This document shows positions 39,601 to 51,100 of a stretch of 64,000 bases of DNA, piece by piece. The number at the start of each line of letters is the position of its first letter. Position 1 is the first letter of the stretch. This DNA is from Phaeosaccion multiseriatum (lineage: Eukaryota > Protista > Ochrophyta, other classes). The stretch spans positions 3,162,001-3,226,000 of the forward strand of contig OZ218954.1 in NCBI GenBank assembly GCA_965112735.1. The letters are read 5' to 3'. The notes below the pieces were generated by a model. That model made no database searches and was not told the DNA's origin. It worked only from the letters and a program-made list of their open reading frames with translations. Made by a program: the position numbers and the translations under genes.

Positions 39601-42600
39601 GGTTGTTCTTTGTCGTTGCTTGCTCACGTTCGAAGCAAATGCAAACTCTACCCCCCCTCCCCTTCCCCAGCCACGTGGGAAGTGCTAGGCCGAGCTGCCT
39701 TCCACGATGTCGCCATGCCGGCCGATCAGCAAGGCTCGGGGCAGCAGTCTCGGTTTGGAACATGCGTGGAGCTCGGCCCCGGTGTAAGTGTGTGCCATTG
39801 CTCCCGTATGCATCTTCACTTACAGCCCTGCCTGCCTCTCCCCTCTCATTCTTCTCGAGTCGAGGTCCCCCGCCATGCCTGTGTACGTCTTTTCGAAGCT
39901 TGCTGTGTTGTTGCTGCTGCTGCTTTCTGTTTCAGTGTATTCTCCCTCCGCGTCCCCACTCCTGATGCATCTCTGGCTGCTTGCTTGCACTCCTACACCC
40001 TCTTGTGCAGTGGGATGTCGATCTCACCCCCAAGCCTTGCCCCCTACCCTGCCCTTCTGTCTCATCCGATTTGCAGGTGCCTCTGCCGGCATCCACGGCG
40101 AACTACCCTGACCCCATCCTGCCATTTGAGCTGTGCGAAGACGCCATCTACGCACCGTTCGACGGAATTGATCTTCCCAGCAGTTGCGATGGCATGACAA
40201 GTGAGTGATCGAGGAGCGAGGCTTGCGTGTAATTGAGAGAGAGGAGGAGGAAGAGGAAGGAGTGATGTGAGGCTGCTGTGGGGGGAGGGGGGGGGGAGCG
40301 AGGAGAAGGGGTCATTTTTGCAATCCGCCCTCTTCTTCGCTCATGGGCTGACACACACACCCCGCTGTTTGCTACTACCCCCTGTGTGCCGCTCGTTCCT
40401 TGCCCTCTCTCTGCCCGGACCAACACCCCCGTCGCTCCTCCACAGCGTCGTACGATGCGGATAGCGACACCACCACCTGGACCGCTTCCTCATCCCTCAC
40501 CTGTGGCAGCGGCGAGGCCGTCGACGTCCAGGACGAGGGCCAATCCTTGATTGTAAGTAGGCCGGGAGGGATAGAGACTTCGTTGCCTGACGTCTCTGAC
40601 GCTCCACCCCTCTCGTACCCCTCCCCCCTAACCTTCCCCAACCAAACAACCACAGATCGACGTTGGCGCCTACGACGTCATCTTCGATGGCGTAACCTTC
40701 TCTGTCGGCAGCTTCGCTACATCCTCCTGCTCCGGGGGAGCCTCCTTGGACATCAACGGTGATGCGGCGGAGGGGTCGGTCACCTTCAACGGCAGTGGTT
40801 TTGGAACAGCACTGTCTCTCAGCGGCAACGGTGCCGATGTGGACATCAATGTGCCGGCTTTCTTCAACGACTGGGTGAGTTGTCTAAGCAACAACAGCAA
40901 AGCCCCAGCAGTCCTTTGCTGGCCAACCGCTTGTCTGCTTCCTTCCTACCTCACCACCTGCTTTGTCTGCCTTCTTGCCTTGTCTGCCCGCCCTATCGTG
41001 TCTGCCCGCTTTGCGTTGTGGGCACCGTCCGCTCTTCTCTTTGCAGGAAAATGGAGCCGATGCGTCGGCTCAGTCCTCCTGCTCCACCAAGCTCACCTTC
41101 GGGTCCGATGCCATCTTCACCGGAATCACGGGCACCGGACTGTCCGCTTTTGAAAGTGAGCAGCAGAGAACTGGGACTGTGTGTATGTGACTCTGAGGAA
41201 GGCGGAACAACAACTGGGCTCTGTGTGTGTGTGTGGTGCGGCCTTGCCGCTGCGGGTGGGGTGGGCCAATGAAGTGTTGTTTTTTGTCTGTGCTCACGTT
41301 CGAAGCAAATGCAAACTCTACCCCCCCTCCCCTTCCCCAGCCACGTGGGAAGTGCAAGGCCGAGCTGCCTTCTACGATGTCGCCATGCCGGCCGATCAGC
41401 GAGGCTCGGGGCAGCAGTCTCGGTTTGGAACGTGCGTGGAGCTCGGCCCCGGTGTAAGTGTGTGCCATTGCTCCCGTATGTATCTTCACTTACAGCCCTG
41501 CCTGCCTCTCCCCTCTCATTCTTCTCGACTCGAGGTCCCCCGCCATGTCTGTGTATGTATTTTAAAGCTCCTTGCTGCTGCTGCTGATGCAGCAAATCTC
41601 AGTTTCAGTGTATTCGCCCTCCGCTGTCCCCACTGCTGCACATCTCTGGCTGCTTGCAGGCACTCCTACGCCCTCTTGTGCAGTGGGATGTCGATCTCAC
41701 CCCCAAGCCTTGCCCCCTACCCTGCCCTTCTGTCTCATCCGATTTGCAGGTGCCTCTGCCGGCATCAACGGCGAACTACCCTGACCCAATCCTGCCATTT
41801 GAGCTGTGCGAAGACGCCATCTACGCACCCGCGCCCGACGGAATTGATCTTCCCAGCAGTTGCGATGGCATGACAAGTGAGTGATCGAGGAGCGAGGCTT
41901 GCGTGTAATATAGAGAGAGGAGGAGGAAGAGGAAGGAGTGATGTGAGCGAGGCTGCTGTTGGGGGGGGGGCGGTCAAGGCGAGGGGAAGTCGAGAGGGGA
42001 AGGGGTCATTTTTGCAATCCGCCCTCTTCTTCGCGCATGTCTTGACCCACACACCCCGCTGTTTGCTACCCCCTGTGTGCCGCTCGTTCCTTGCCCTCTC
42101 TCTGCCCGGACCAACACCCCCGTCGCTCCTCCACAGCGTCGTACGATGCGGATAGCGACACCACCACCTGGACCGCTTCCTCATCCCTCACCTGTGGCAG
42201 CGGCGAGGCCGTCGACGTCCAGGACGAGGGCCAATCCTTGATTGTAAGTAGGCCGGGAGGGATAGAGACTTCGTTGCCTGACGTCTCTGACGCTCCACCC
42301 CTCTCGTACCCCTCCCCCCTAACCTTCCCCAACCAAACAACCACAGATCGACGTTGGCGCCTACGACGTCATCTTCGATGGCGTAACCTTCTCTGTCGGC
42401 AGCTTCGCTACATCCTCCTGCTCCGGGGGAGCCTCCTTGGACATCAACGGTGATGCGGCGGAGGGGTCGGTCACCTTCAACGGCAGTGGTTTTGGAACAG
42501 CACTGTCTCTCAGTGGCAACGGTGCCGACGTGGACATCAATGTGCCGGCTTTCTTCAACGACTGGGTGAGTTGTCTAAGCAACAACAGCAAAGCCCCAGC

Positions 42601-45600
42601 AGTCCTTTGCTGGCCAACCGCTTGTCTGCTTCCTTCCTACCTCACCACCTGCTTTGTCTGCCTTCTTGCCTTGTCTGCCCGCCCTATCGTGCCTGCCCGC
42701 TTTGCTTTGTGGGCACCGTCCGCTCTTCTCTTTGCAGGAAAATGGAGCCGATGCGTCGGCTCAGTCCTCCTGCTCCACCATGCTCACCTTCGGGTCCGAT
42801 GCCATCTTCACAGGCATCACGGGCACCGGACTGTCCGCTTTTGAAAGTGAGCAGCAGAGAACTGGGACTGTGTATATGTGACTCTGAGGAAGGCGGAACA
42901 GCAACTGGGCTCTGTGTGTGTGTGGTGTGGCCTTGCGGGTGGGGTGGGCCAATGAAGGGTTGTTCTTTGTCGTTGCTTGCTCACGTTCGAAGCAAATGCA
43001 AACTCTACCCCCCCTCCCCTTCCCCAGCCACGTGGGAAGTGCTAGGCCGAGCTGCCTTCTACGATGTCGCGACACCGGCCGATCAGCGAGGCTCGGGGCA
43101 GCAGTCTCGGTTTGGAACGTGCGTGGAGCTCGGCCCCGGTGTAAGTGTGTGCCATTGCTCCCGTATGTATCTTCACTTACCGCCCTGCCTGCCTCTCCCC
43201 TCTCATTCATCTCGACTCGAGGTCCCCCGCCATGCCTGTGTATGTCTTTTCGAAGCCTTCCTTGCTGCGGTTGCTTGCTGATGCTGCTGCTTTCAGTTTC
43301 AGTGTATTCGCCCTCCGCGTCCCCACTGCTGCACATCTCTGGCTGCTTGCAGGCACTCCTACGCCCTCTTGTGCAGTGGGATGTCGATCTCACCCCCAAG
43401 CCTTGCCCCCTACCCTGCCCTTCTGTCTCCTCCGATTTGCAGGTGCCTACACCGTCATCCTCGGCGAACTACCCTAACCCCATCCTGCCATTTGAGCTGT
43501 GCGAAGACGCCATCTACGCACCCGCACCGTTCGGCGGAATTGAACTTCCCAGCAGTTGCGATGGCATGACAAGTGAGTGATCGAGGAGCGAGGCCTGCGT
43601 GTAATGGAGAGAGAGGAGGAGGAAGAGGAAGGAGTGATGTGAGCGAGGCTGCTGTGGGGGGGGGGGGGGGGGGGTCAAGCAAGGCGAGGGGAAGTCGAGA
43701 CGGGAAGGGGTCATTTTTCCAATCCGCCCCCTTCTTCGCTCATGGGCTGACACACACACCCCGCTGTTTGCTACCCCCTGTGTGCCGCTCGTTCCTTGCC
43801 CTCTCTCTGCCCGGACCAACACCCCCGTCGCTCCTCCACAGCGTCGTACGATGCGGATAGCGACACCACCACCTGGACCGCTTCCTCATCCCTCACCTGT
43901 GGCAGCGGCGAGGCCGGGATCGTCTTCGTCTCGGACGAGGGCCAATCCTTGATTGTAAGTAGTAGGCCTGGAGGGACGAAGACTTCGTTGCCTGACGTCC
44001 CTGACGCTCCACCCCTCTCGTACCAATCCCTCCCCCCTACCCTTCCCCAACCAAACAACCACAGATCGACGTTGGCACCTACGACGTCGTCTTCAATGTC
44101 GTAGCCTTCTCTGTCGGCAGCTTCGCTTCATCCTCCTGCTCCGGGGGAGCCTCCTTGGACATCATCGGAGATGCGGCCGAGGGGTCGGTCACCTTCAACG
44201 GCAGTGGTTTTGCAGCACTGTCTCTCAACGGCAACGGTGCCGACGTGGACATCAATGTGCCGGCTTTCTTCAACGACTGGGTGAGTTGTCTAAGCAACAA
44301 CAGCAAAGCCCCAACAGTCCTTTGCTGGCCAACCGCTTGTCTGCTTCCTTCCTACCTCACCACCTGCTTGTGCCTTCCTGCCTTGTCTGCCCGCCCTATC
44401 GTGTCTGCCCGCTTTGCTTTGTGGGCACCGTCCGCTCTTCTCTTTGCAGGAAAATGGAGCCTTTGCGGCGGCTGAGTCCTCCTGCTCCACCATGCTCACC
44501 TTCGGGTCCGATGCCATCTTCACCGGAATCACGGGCACCGGACTGTTCGCTTTTGAGAGTGAGCAGCAGAGAACTGGGACTGTGTGTATGTGACTCTGAG
44601 GAAGGCGGAACAACAACTGGGCTCTGTGTGTGTGTGGTGTGGCCTTGCGGGTGGGGTGGGCCAATGAAGTGTTGTTCTTTGTCTGTGCTCACGTTCGAAG
44701 CAAATGCAAACTCTACCCCCCCTCCCCTTCCCCAGCCACGTGGGAAGTGCTAGGCCGAGCTGCCTTCTACGATGTCGCCACACCGGCCGATCAGCAAGGC
44801 TCGGGGCAGCAGTCTCGGTTTGGAACATGCGTGGAGCTCGGCCCCGGTGTAAGTGTGTGCCATTGCTCCCGTATGCATCTTCACTTACAGCCCTGCCTGC
44901 CTCTCCCCTCTCATTCATCTCGACTCGAGGTCCCCCGCCATGCCTGTGTATGCTCCTTGCTGCTGTTGCTGCTGGCTGCTGATGCGGCTAATCTCAGTTT
45001 CAGTGTATTCGCCCTCCGCCGTCCCCACTGTTGCATCTCTGGCTGCTTGCAGGCACTCCTACGCCCTCTTGTGCAGTGGGACGTCGATCTCACCCCCAAG
45101 CCTTGCCCCCTACCCTGCCCTTCTGTCTCATCCGATTTGCAGGTGCCTCTGCCGGCATCCACGGACATCCTGCCATTTGAGCTGTGCGAAGACGCCATCT
45201 ACGCACCCGAAACCTCTCTTCCCAAACCCACTCCCACTCCTGCCCCGGTGGCACCTCCCACGGGCGTCAATTGCGCTTCCTTGGGGTGGGTAGGTAGCTG
45301 TGGTGCCTTCACCGACGCTGGCTCGTGCAACTGCTGGGCAGGATCTGCCTTCGCCTGCTCGTGGTCCGGTAGCAGCTGCGGCACTGGCGGTGGTGGCGGT
45401 GGCCCAGCGCCCACTCCCCCTCCTTTGACAACCCCCACTCCTCCTACGGTGAGTCAAGCAGTCGCTGTGTCGCACTGAGTCGTGTCAACAAGCTCATTAT
45501 TTCACTCTCCCTCTTGTTTCTATACAAAGGTCGCATCCACCCCCGCCCCTGTTGCCCCCATGACCGAGACCACAACCACGGCGTACATTGCCCCGGATGA

Positions 45601-46304
45601 ACCCACAACCACGTCGTACATTGCCCCGGATGAACCCACAACCACATCGTACGTTGCCCCGGATGAATCCACAACGCCGGCGCCCGTTGCCCCCATGACC
45701 GAGGCCACAACGCCGGCGCCCGTTGCCCCGGATGTGACCCCCGAGGGCGAGTGCATGGTGCCCTCGGCCTGCGCAGCCACTGAGGCCGACATTGAGCAGC
45801 TGGCTCTGTCCCACAAGTGCATCACCGTGGACACCACCTGCGGTACTGACGATGCGCCCGTCAACTGCAACATGTTCGGCCTGGGCCAGGACTGCAGGTG
45901 AGGAGATGTGGGTGTGAAGGGGGTATCATAAAGGAGAGGATTCGTCCCTATCCTTGGCATTGTCTCATGCTCTTCGTTTTTTGGCTCCTCGTCGTTGCTT
46001 TGTTGTTCATCACCTACTCAGGGGCTGCTACATGTCGTGCGAGGGAGCCATGATGCACCTCGCCGCCTACCCGTCCACGCCAGACTCAGAATTCTTCTTC
46101 TGCCCTTCCACGGGCCTGACCTACGACATGTGCACCGACGAAACCCCCCCCGATGACACGGGCGATTGTGTGTGCGACGGCTTTGGCGAGTCTTGCTTCA
46201 TGGACAGCTCATGTGTGTTGGGTGACCTCGGATGCAACGTCCGCAACATACTGGCTTGCCGCTTCTGTGGGTTCGGTGCCTACTCCGATATCGCATGCCC
46301 TTAG
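36665..46304 (+). CDS. Secreted tandem-cassette protein B: signal peptide, 5 repeat domains, C-terminus nearly identical to gene A
   Basis: Signal exon 36665-36773. Cassettes 37060-38503, 38762-40200, 40446-41876, 42137-43572, 43842-~45207. Tail exons 45143-45448, 45530-45897, 46022-46304 (TAG). Frame intact. Confidence 0.88.
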
Positions 46305-46493
46305 ACAACCGTGTTGCACTTCGTCTGTTACTGTCGTTGTACTCCAGCTGGTGTTGTCGTTGTAAGTGTTCGTCGCTGAACACCTTGATCCCAGCTGTAG
46401 CAGCAAAGAGAGTGTTAAGTTCGTATTTTTCAAGGCGCATTTAAACGCAAGTTAGTTAAGTGATTAATGAAGGATAGCTTTGTTTTTGTGACT

Positions 46494-47800
46494 CGAGGGC
46501 TAAGGGTGGCGGAGGTGCTTCAAGGCGCTGAGGTGGGCATGTGCACCACGCGCTGTGAGGAGGAAGAGGTTATTGGTTGTTAAAGGTGTGATTGGTTGTC
46601 TTGACTTGACCTGCCCTGATCTGACCTGACCGACCGATCGACCGACCGACTGACTGAAGTGAAGGGGTGTAATTGTACTTGATGTTTGCATATTCTGGAG
46701 CTTACTTTACAGTGTACAGTATACACTGCGTCTTTGAGGAAAGGACGGTAGATCGCGAAGAATGAGTGCGTGCGTGCGTGCGTGCGTGCGACTTTTATCA
46801 GAGTAAGTAGGCCGTCCACCAAGCAAGGCCACGCATGTCCAAACCAAGGTAGCGATTCGTATGTACATTTTGATTACTTAAGGACATAATTTACTCACTC
46901 ACTTCTTCTCTTTCTCTCATCCAATCATGCCTCGCTTTCCTTTCCTCGCTAGTTACCTGGCCTGACTGGCTGACTGACTGACTGACTCAGCGAGTGAATG
47001 AGTGAGTGAGTGAGTGAGTGAGTGAGTGAGTGAGTAAGTGAGTAAGTGAGTGAGTGAGTAAGTGAGTGAGTGAGTGAGTGAGTAAGTGAGTGAGTAAGTG
47101 AGTGAGTGAGTGAGTGAGTGAGTGAGTGAGTGAGTGAGTGAGTGAGTGAGTGAGTGAGTGAGTGAGTGAGTGAGTGAGTGAGTGAGTGAGTGAGTGAGTG
47201 AGTGGTGAGGGAGTGAGGGAGCGAGTGAGTGAGTGAGTGAGTGAGTGAGTGAGTGAGTGAGTGAGTGAGTGAGTGAGTGAGTGAGTGAGTGAGTGAGTGA
47301 GTGAGTGAGTGAGTGAGTGAGTGAGTGAGTGAGTGAGTGAGTGAGTGAGTGAGTGAGTGAGTGAGTGAGGGAGTGGTGAGGGAGTGAGGGAGTGAGGGAG
47401 TGAGGGAGTGAAGGAGTGAGTGAGTGAGTGAGTGTGTGAGTGAGTGAGTGAGTGAGTGAGTGAGTGAGTGAGTGAGTGAGTGAGTGAGTGAGTGAGTGAG
47501 TGAGTGAGTGAGTGAGTGAGTGAGTGAGTGAGTGAGTGAGTGAGTGAGTGAGTGAGTGAGTGAGTGAGTGAGTGAGTGAGTGAGTGAGTGAGTGAGTGAG
47601 TGAGTGAGTGAGTGAGTGAGTGAGTGAGTGAGTGAGTGAGTGAGTGAGTGAGTGAGTGAGTGAGTGAGTGAGTGAGTGAGTGAGTGAGTGAGTGAGTGAG
47701 TGAGTGAGTGAGTGAGTGAGTGAGTGAGTGAGTGAGTGAGTGAGTGAGTGAGTGAGTGAGTGAGTGAGTGAGTGAGTGAGTGAGTGAGTGAGTGAGTGAG
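46494..47800. repeat. ~500-bp downstream block plus (GAGT)n microsatellite, duplicated after gene C
   Basis: cgagggctaag...ggtgcttcaaggcgctgagg... through the GAGT array (~46993-47800) matches 53842-54688. Confidence 0.9.
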
Positions 47801-48130
47801 CTGTGGTCCGGAAGTCCAAAGTCCAGCAGATCAGCAGATGATGGTTCGAATTGATGCCATCAGATAGACAAGGGATGAAGTCCAATTGAGATAGACTGCT
47901 TCTTCCCCGCTGTCCCACTGCCCCTTACTTTATTTTTTACTTGAAGTAGTGCGGAACCATCTCCTCCGGGAGAGGTGGATGGGGGGACCATCAAATTCTA
48001 TACGCAAATTTTCACTTTTGTTCTTCCCCTGGTGAACTGATCTTTAAGTTGGGGGCGATGGGAGCTGGGCGCAGCAGCAGGGAAGTCACTTTCCCTCTTT
48101 GCAATAGAAAAGGGCCTGGAAGAGCAAGAC

Positions 48131-51100
48131 ATGGGGCGAGCTGGGCTTGTAAGCGTGCTGCTCCTCGGGAGTGGTACAGCAATGTCATTGGCCGCCGAAG
48201 TGCCACTTCCCACGAGTGATTGCACGGGCTTCACAAGTGAGTTCCCCACACAGAAGGAATACAAGAGAAGAGAGGAGAGAGTCTTTGCGCTTGAGTCTGA
48301 ACTTGCAGTAGCCTTCCGCCTGTCGTGTGTTCCCTTCATGATGGCTAGATAAGTAAACGAAGGTTCTCCTCCTCACCAAGTCAAGGATAGCTACAGAATC
48401 TCTCTCCCTCCAACTCAACTCCTCCACCCCCTCCTCCACAGCGTCGTACGATGCGGACCGCGACACCACCACCTGGACCGCTTCCTCATCCCTCACTTGT
48501 GGCAGCGGCGAGGCCGTCTCCGTCCAGGACGAGGGCCAATCCTTGATTGTAAGTAGGCCTGGAGGGATGAAGACTTCGTTGCCTGACGTCTCTGACGCTG
48601 CCCTCCACCCCTCTCGTACCCCGCCCTCCCCCCTACCCTCCTTCCCCAACCGAACAACCACAGATCGACGTTGGCACCTACGACGTCGTCTTCGATGGCG
48701 TAACCTTCGATATCGGCAGCTTCGCTACATCCTCCTGCTCCGGGGGAGCCTCCTTGGACATCATCGGAGATGCGGCGGAGGGGTCGGTCACCTTCAACGG
48801 CAGTGGAAGTGAAACAGCACTGTCTCTCCGCGGCAACGGTGCCGACGTGGACGTCAATGTGCCGGCTTTCTTCAACGACTGGGTGAGTTGTCTAACAACA
48901 GGAGCAAAGCCCCAGCAGTCCTTGCTGACCAACCGCTTGTCTGCCTTCTTGCCTTGTCTGCTCGCCCTATCGTGCCTGCTCGCTTTGCTTTGTGGGCACC
49001 GTCTGCTCTTCGCTTTGCAGAGAAATGGAGCCTTTGCGGCGGCTGAGTCCTCATGCCCCACCAAGCTCACCTTCGGGTCCGATGCCATCTTCACCGGAAT
49101 CACGCGCACCGGATTGTCAGGTTTTGAAAGTGAGCAGCAGAGAACTGGGACTGTGTGTACCTTGAGGAAGATGGGACCACAACAGGCTCTGTGTATTTGC
49201 GGGTGGGGTGGCTGGGCCAAGAAATGAATTGGTCACTTTCTTTGTCGTTGCTTTTGCTCACGTTCGATGCAAATGCAAACTCCTACCCCCCTCCCCTTCC
49301 CCAGCCACCTGGGAAGTGCAAGGCCGAGCTGCCTTCTACAATGTCGCCGAACCTGTCGATCAGATAGGCATCGGGCAGCAGTCTCGGTTTGGAACATGCG
49401 TGGAGCTCGGCCCCGGTGTAAGTGTGTGCCATTGCTCCCGTATGTATCTTCTTTTACCGCCCTGCCGATGATCTCTTTTCGAAGTTGCTGTGTTGCTGCT
49501 GCTGATGCTGCTGCTTTCAGTTTCGGTGTATTCGCCCTCCGCCGTCCCCACTGCTGCACATCTCTGGCTGCTGGCTTGCACTCCTACGCCCTCTTGTGCA
49601 GTGGGATGTCGATCTCACCCCCAAGCCTTGCCCCCTACCCTGCCCTTCTGTCTCATCCGAATTGCAGGTGCCTCTGCCAGCATCCACGGCCTTCTCTGAC
49701 GCCATCCTGCCATTTGAGCTGTGCGAAGACGCCATCTACGCACCCGTGTCCGTCGGAATTGATCTTCCCAACGGTTGCGGTGGGATGACAAGTGAGTGAT
49801 CGAGGAGTGAGACTTGCGTGTAATAGAGAGAGAGGAGGAGGAAGAGGAAGGAGGAAGGGAGAGAGGCTGCTGGATGTGTGTGTGTGGGGGGGGGAAGGGG
49901 TCATTTTTCCAATCCGCCCTCTTCTTCGCTCATGGGCTGACACACACACCCCGCTGTTTGCTACCCCCTGTGTGCCGCTCGTTCCTTGCCCTCTCTCTGC
50001 CCGGACCAACACCCCCGTCCTCCACAGAGTCGTACGATGCGGATAGCGACACCACCACCTGGACCGCTTCCTCATCCCTCACCTGTGGCAGCCTAGAGAC
50101 CGAGGTCGTCAGCGTCAGGGAGGAGGGCCAATCCTTGATTGTAAGCAGGCCTGGAGGGACGAAGACTTCGTTGCCTGATGTCTCTGACGCTCCACCCCTC
50201 TCGTACCCCTCCCCCCTACCCTTTCCCAACCGAACAACCACAGATCGACGTTGGCACCTACGACGTCGTCTTCAATGTCGTAACCTTTGATGTCGGCAGC
50301 TTCGCTACAAGATCCTGCTCCGGGGGAGCCTCCTTGGACATCATCGGAGATGCGGCGGTGGGGTCGGTCACCTTCAACGGCAGTGGAAGTGGAACAGCAC
50401 TGTCTCTCAGCGGAAACGGTGCCGACGTGGACATCAATGTGCCGGCTTTCTTCAACGACTGGGTGAGTTGTCAAAGCAACAACAGCAATGCCCAAGCAGT
50501 CCTTTGCTGACCAACCGCTTGTCTGCTTCCTTCCTACCTCACCACCTCCTGCTTGTCAGCTTCCTTGCTTTGTCTGCTTCCTTCCAACCTCACCACCTGC
50601 TTGTCTGCCTTCTTGCCTTGTCTGCCCGCCCTATCGTGCCTGCTCGCTTTGCTTTGTGGGCACCTTCCGCTCTTCTCTTTGCAGGAAAATGGAGCCGATG
50701 CGTCGGCGCAGTCCTCATGCTCCACCATGCTCACCTTCGGGTCCGATGCCATCTTCACCGGAATCACGGGCACCGGAGTGTCCGCTTTTGAAAGTGAGCA
50801 GCAGAGAACTGGGACTGTGTGTATGTGGCCTTGAGGAAGGCGGAACAACAACTGGGCTCTGTGTGTGGTGTGGTGTGGCCTTGCTTGCGGGTGGCTGGGG
50901 TGGGTGGGCCAACGAATTGTTGTTCTTTGTCGTTGCTTATTGCTCACGTTCGAAGCAAATGCAAACACCTACCCCCCTCCCCTTCCCCAGCCACGTGGGA
51001 AGTGCAAGGCCGAGCTGCCTTCCACGATGTCGCCACACCGGCCGATCAGCGAGGCACGGGGCAGCAGTCTCGGTTTGGAACATGCGTGGAGCTCGGCCCC

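Noticed and set aside
46953-47918. 321-aa minus-strand ORF (THSL repeats)
   Set aside because: Product of the (GAGT)n microsatellite lacking stops in one frame.
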